A stretch of 63,622 nt of DNA from positions 1 through 63,622 of the forward strand of contig JBOGIW010000339.1 of the NCBI GenBank assembly GCA_050748045.1, written 5' to 3'. A program made the translations under genes and the position numbers. Within the stretch, counting starts at the first letter, position 1. The number at the start of each line of letters is the position of its first letter. Shown in pieces: positions 61,544 through 63,622 of the stretch. The stretch comes from Vicinamibacterales bacterium (GTDB lineage: Bacteria > Acidobacteriota > Vicinamibacteria > Vicinamibacterales > UBA2999). The notes under the pieces were generated by a model. That model saw only the letters and a program-made list of their open reading frames with translations. It did not search any database and had not been told where the DNA came from.

Positions 61544-62454
61544 ACAACAACAAAGTGAATTGGAAAGGCAGCTTCATCGCGGCCGTCACGCCGTTCACCG
61601 CCGACGGTGCCGTCGACGAGCGAGCGTTCGTAGACAACCTCTCGCTTCTCGCCGGCGAAGGCGCACATGGCTTCGTCGTGTCCGGATGCACCGGCGAATC
61701 ATGGGCGATGACGGCGGCCGAGAAGGCCCGCCTCTTCCGGCTCGCCGTGGAGAGCGTGGGGCGGCGCGTGCCGGTCATCGCGGGAACCGGAACGATTTCG
61801 ACCCAGGCCGTCATCGACCTGAGCCTCGAGGCGAAGAAGGCAGGCGCCGAGGGCGTCATGGTGCTCCCGCCGTACTACTGCATGGCGGGCCGGCGCGAGA
61901 TCGTGGAGCACTATCGAACGATCTCGAACGCCATCGAGCACCCGATCCTGGTGTACAACGTGCCGCGGCGCACCGGTTTCAACCTGACGCCCGACGTCCT
62001 CGAGGAGCTCGCCGAGATCGAGTGGGTCGTCGCCGTCAAGGAGAGCTCGAACGACTTCATCCAGACTGAACTGACCGTACGCCGCCTGGGCGGCTGCATC
62101 CGCGTGTTCACCGGTCATTCGGCCGAGCGGGGCGTGCCGGCCGTGTTGATGGGCGCCGACGGCTACGTCAGCTCGACGGAATCGCAGGTCATGGGGCGTG
62201 AGGCGATTGCGATGTACGACCTCGCGGCACGCGGCGACATCGCGACGGCGCAGGCCGTGCAGATGCGGGCGCTGACGCTCGACGAGCTCCTCAAGCCGAT
62301 CGGCACGTTCCCCTGCAACCTCAAGACCGCCATGAATCTGCTCAGGCGTCCAGGGGGAGACCCGCGACGGCCGCTGCTGCCCCTGACGGCAACGCAGGTC
62401 GAGAGCGTTCGTGTCGCGCTCGATAAGCTGAAGCTGACGGCTGGGGTCGCATGA
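61540..62454 (+). CDS. Dihydrodipicolinate synthase-family lyase (DapA/LhpC-like)
   Basis: AAVTPFTADGAVDE...GFVVSGCTGESWAM...VYNVPRRTG...AVKESS (Schiff-base Lys). ATGA overlaps at both ends. Confidence 0.85.
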   Translation: MNNNKVNWKGSFIAAVTPFTADGAVDERAFVDNLSLLAGEGAHGFVVSGCTGESWAMTAAEKARLFRLAVESVGRRVPVIAGTGTISTQAVIDLSLEAKKAGAEGVMVLPPYYCMAGRREIVEHYRTISNAIEHPILVYNVPRRTGFNLTPDVLEELAEIEWVVAVKESSNDFIQTELTVRRLGGCIRVFTGHSAERGVPAVLMGADGYVSSTESQVMGREAIAMYDLAARGDIATAQAVQMRALTLDELLKPIGTFPCNLKTAMNLLRRPGGDPRRPLLPLTATQVESVRVALDKLKLTAGVA

Positions 62455-62735
62455 GCGGGCGCCGCCTGACCACCGGCGTGGAACGCGGGCGACCCGTCAC
62501 GCTCCTGGTTGACGGAGCGCAGATCGAGGCGTTCGAGGGCGAGTCGATCGCCGCGGCCCTGCTGGCCGACGGACGCCGGGTCCTTCGGTACTCGCCCCGG
62601 GAGCACGAGCCCCGCGGCCTCTTCTGCGGGATGGGAATCTGTTTCGAATGTGTCGTCGCGATCGACGGCGACCGGCGCGTGCGTGGCTGTGTGACTCCTG
62701 TGCGTGACGGCATGACGATCGCCACACGCGGCTGA
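62451..62735 (+). CDS. Small (2Fe-2S)-binding subunit (sarcosine/opine oxidase alpha N-terminal-like)
   Basis: 94 aa with VDGAQIEAFEGESIAAALLA and CGMGICFEC...C Cys cluster. Confidence 0.8.
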   Translation: MSGRRLTTGVERGRPVTLLVDGAQIEAFEGESIAAALLADGRRVLRYSPREHEPRGLFCGMGICFECVVAIDGDRRVRGCVTPVRDGMTIATRG

Positions 62736-63622
62736 TGACTGCGCACGACGCGGACCTTGTCGTCGTGGGCGCAGGACCCGCCGGGCTCTGCGCCGCCATC
62801 GAGGCAGCACGGGCGGGCCTGGACGTGCTCGTCGTGGACGAGAATGCGCGGCCGGGCGGCCAGATTTTTCGACAAGTGCCCGGAGCGTTCAGCGTCACGC
62901 ACGCGGCAGGCCTCGGACGGGAGCACGCGCAAGGCCAGGCTCTCTTCGACGAGCTGAAAGGGCTGCCTATCCGGTTCCTGCTCGAGTCCACCGTCTGGGG
63001 CAGCTTCGAGGAACGCGTGCTGGAAGTCGCCCTTGCCGACCGGACGTTGCAGCTCCGGGCCCGGGCGATCGTGCTCGCCGCGGGTGCCTACGACCGGCCG
63101 GTTCCGCTGCCGGGATGGACGCTGCCGGGCGTCTTCACCGTCGGGGGCGCGCAGACGATCCTCAAGAGCCAGCGCATCGTGCCGGGCCGCCGCATCCTGA
63201 TGGCAGGGACCGGTCCGCTCCAGCTCGTCGTGGCGAGCCAGCTCGCCAAGGCCGGCGCGGAGATCGTGGCCGTGGCCGATCCGGTGCCGACGTGGCGGAC
63301 GCTGCGGTATACGGCGGCGCTGCTGCGCGCCTGGTCGATCACGCGAGACGGACTCGCCTACCGCCGGAATCTGCTGAAAGCCCGCGTCCCATGGATCACA
63401 CCGACCGTGCTGGTGCGCATCGACGGCCGGGAGGGAGTAGAACGCGCAACCATCGCCCGCGTCGATGCCGCGTGGCGGCCGATTGCCGGAACGGAACGGA
63501 CCTTCGAGGTCGACACCGTGTGCATCGGATACGGCCTCGTGCCATCAATTGAGCTGCCGCGGTTGCTGGGGTGCCGCCTCGAGCTCGACGAGGCGGCGGC
63601 GGTGTGGGTGCCGCGCCGGAAC
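62735..63622 (+). CDS. FAD/NAD(P)-binding pyridine nucleotide-disulfide oxidoreductase subunit (partial, runs off the window)
   Basis: Manual translation from ATG 62735 gives MTAHDADLVVVGAGPAGLCAAIEAARAGLDVLVVDENARPGGQ... and a second Rossmann motif ILMAGTGPLQLVVASQLAKAG. There is no stop before the window end, so it is missing from the ORF track. Confidence 0.8.
   Translation, partial: MTAHDADLVVVGAGPAGLCAAIEAARAGLDVLVVDENARPGGQIFRQVPGAFSVTHAAGLGREHAQGQALFDELKGLPIRFLLESTVWGSFEERVLEVALADRTLQLRARAIVLAAGAYDRPVPLPGWTLPGVFTVGGAQTILKSQRIVPGRRILMAGTGPLQLVVASQLAKAGAEIVAVADPVPTWRTLRYTAALLRAWSITRDGLAYRRNLLKARVPWITPTVLVRIDGREGVERATIARVDAAWRPIAGTERTFEVDTVCIGYGLVPSIELPRLLGCRLELDEAAAVWVPRRN

Noticed and set aside
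60262-62454. A 730-aa ORF that looks like a single large gene.
   Set aside because: It is a composite. Its first ~40 codons are the dehydrogenase remnant. The middle is the out-of-frame shadow of the FAD oxidoreductase. Only 61540..62454 (the DapA-like gene) is real in this frame.
1-63622. Mobile genetic elements, prophage, or defence islands (RT, nucleases, helicases, toxin-antitoxin pairs).
   Set aside because: I recognised no transposase, integrase, recombinase, reverse transcriptase or phage structural genes in any frame. The only mobile-like signal is the palindromic repeat element reported above.

Overview
High-GC (~68-70%) bacterial chromosomal segment. Its gene content looks Acidobacteriota-like: CarboxypepD_reg-type TonB receptor, orphan MacB-type permeases, DUF885 and BNR/sortilin-like proteins (taxonomy is inference only).

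Positions ~1.6-32 kb, almost all on the minus strand, form a large type IVa pilus supercluster:
- fimT-pilV-pilW-pilX-pilY1, plus a translationally coupled zinc-ribbon/TPR protein.
- A second, shorter pilV-pilW-pilX set bracketed by its own histidine kinase and sigma-54 response regulator.
- pilD, an ABC-2 transporter and a VKOR-DsbA fusion.
- Two tandem major-pilin paralogs, pilR-pilS, pilC-pilT-pilB and a beta-barrel OMP.
- proS, nadB and aroB are interspersed.

Positions 32-63.6 kb carry:
- Yip1-MacA-MacB-MacB with no ATPase.
- Two GT-C/PMT-like glycosyltransferases.
- Two DUF885 paralogs in inverted orientation and a TonB-dependent receptor.
- A BNR / TAXI-TRAP / M20 / enolase / ThDP / RraA operon.
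- An enolase gene followed by a D-hydroxyproline-dehydrogenase-like cluster (FAD, 2Fe-2S, FAD) with a DapA-like gene.

Eleven gene junctions are 4-nt ATGA/GTGA start-stop overlaps. I recognised no rRNA, tRNA, CRISPR array, transposase or integrase.

The most unusual signals are non-coding:
1. Two copies of a ~140-150 nt hairpin element. The internal blocks are conserved, while the outer stems are unrelated in sequence but fully complementary.
2. AT-richer arrays of degenerate heptanucleotide tandem repeats. They abut or lie within ~15 nt of the start codons of pilT, pilB, the VKOR-DsbA gene and macB2. The pilT array is a run of ~25 Shine-Dalgarno-like heptads, with a complementary anti-SD-like triplet right after the pilB stop.
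3. Three sigma-54 type promoters. Two sit at an identical 13-nt distance from the start codons of the two minor-pilin operons, which predicts near-leaderless mRNAs.
4. Three decayed gene remnants that mark rearrangement scars.
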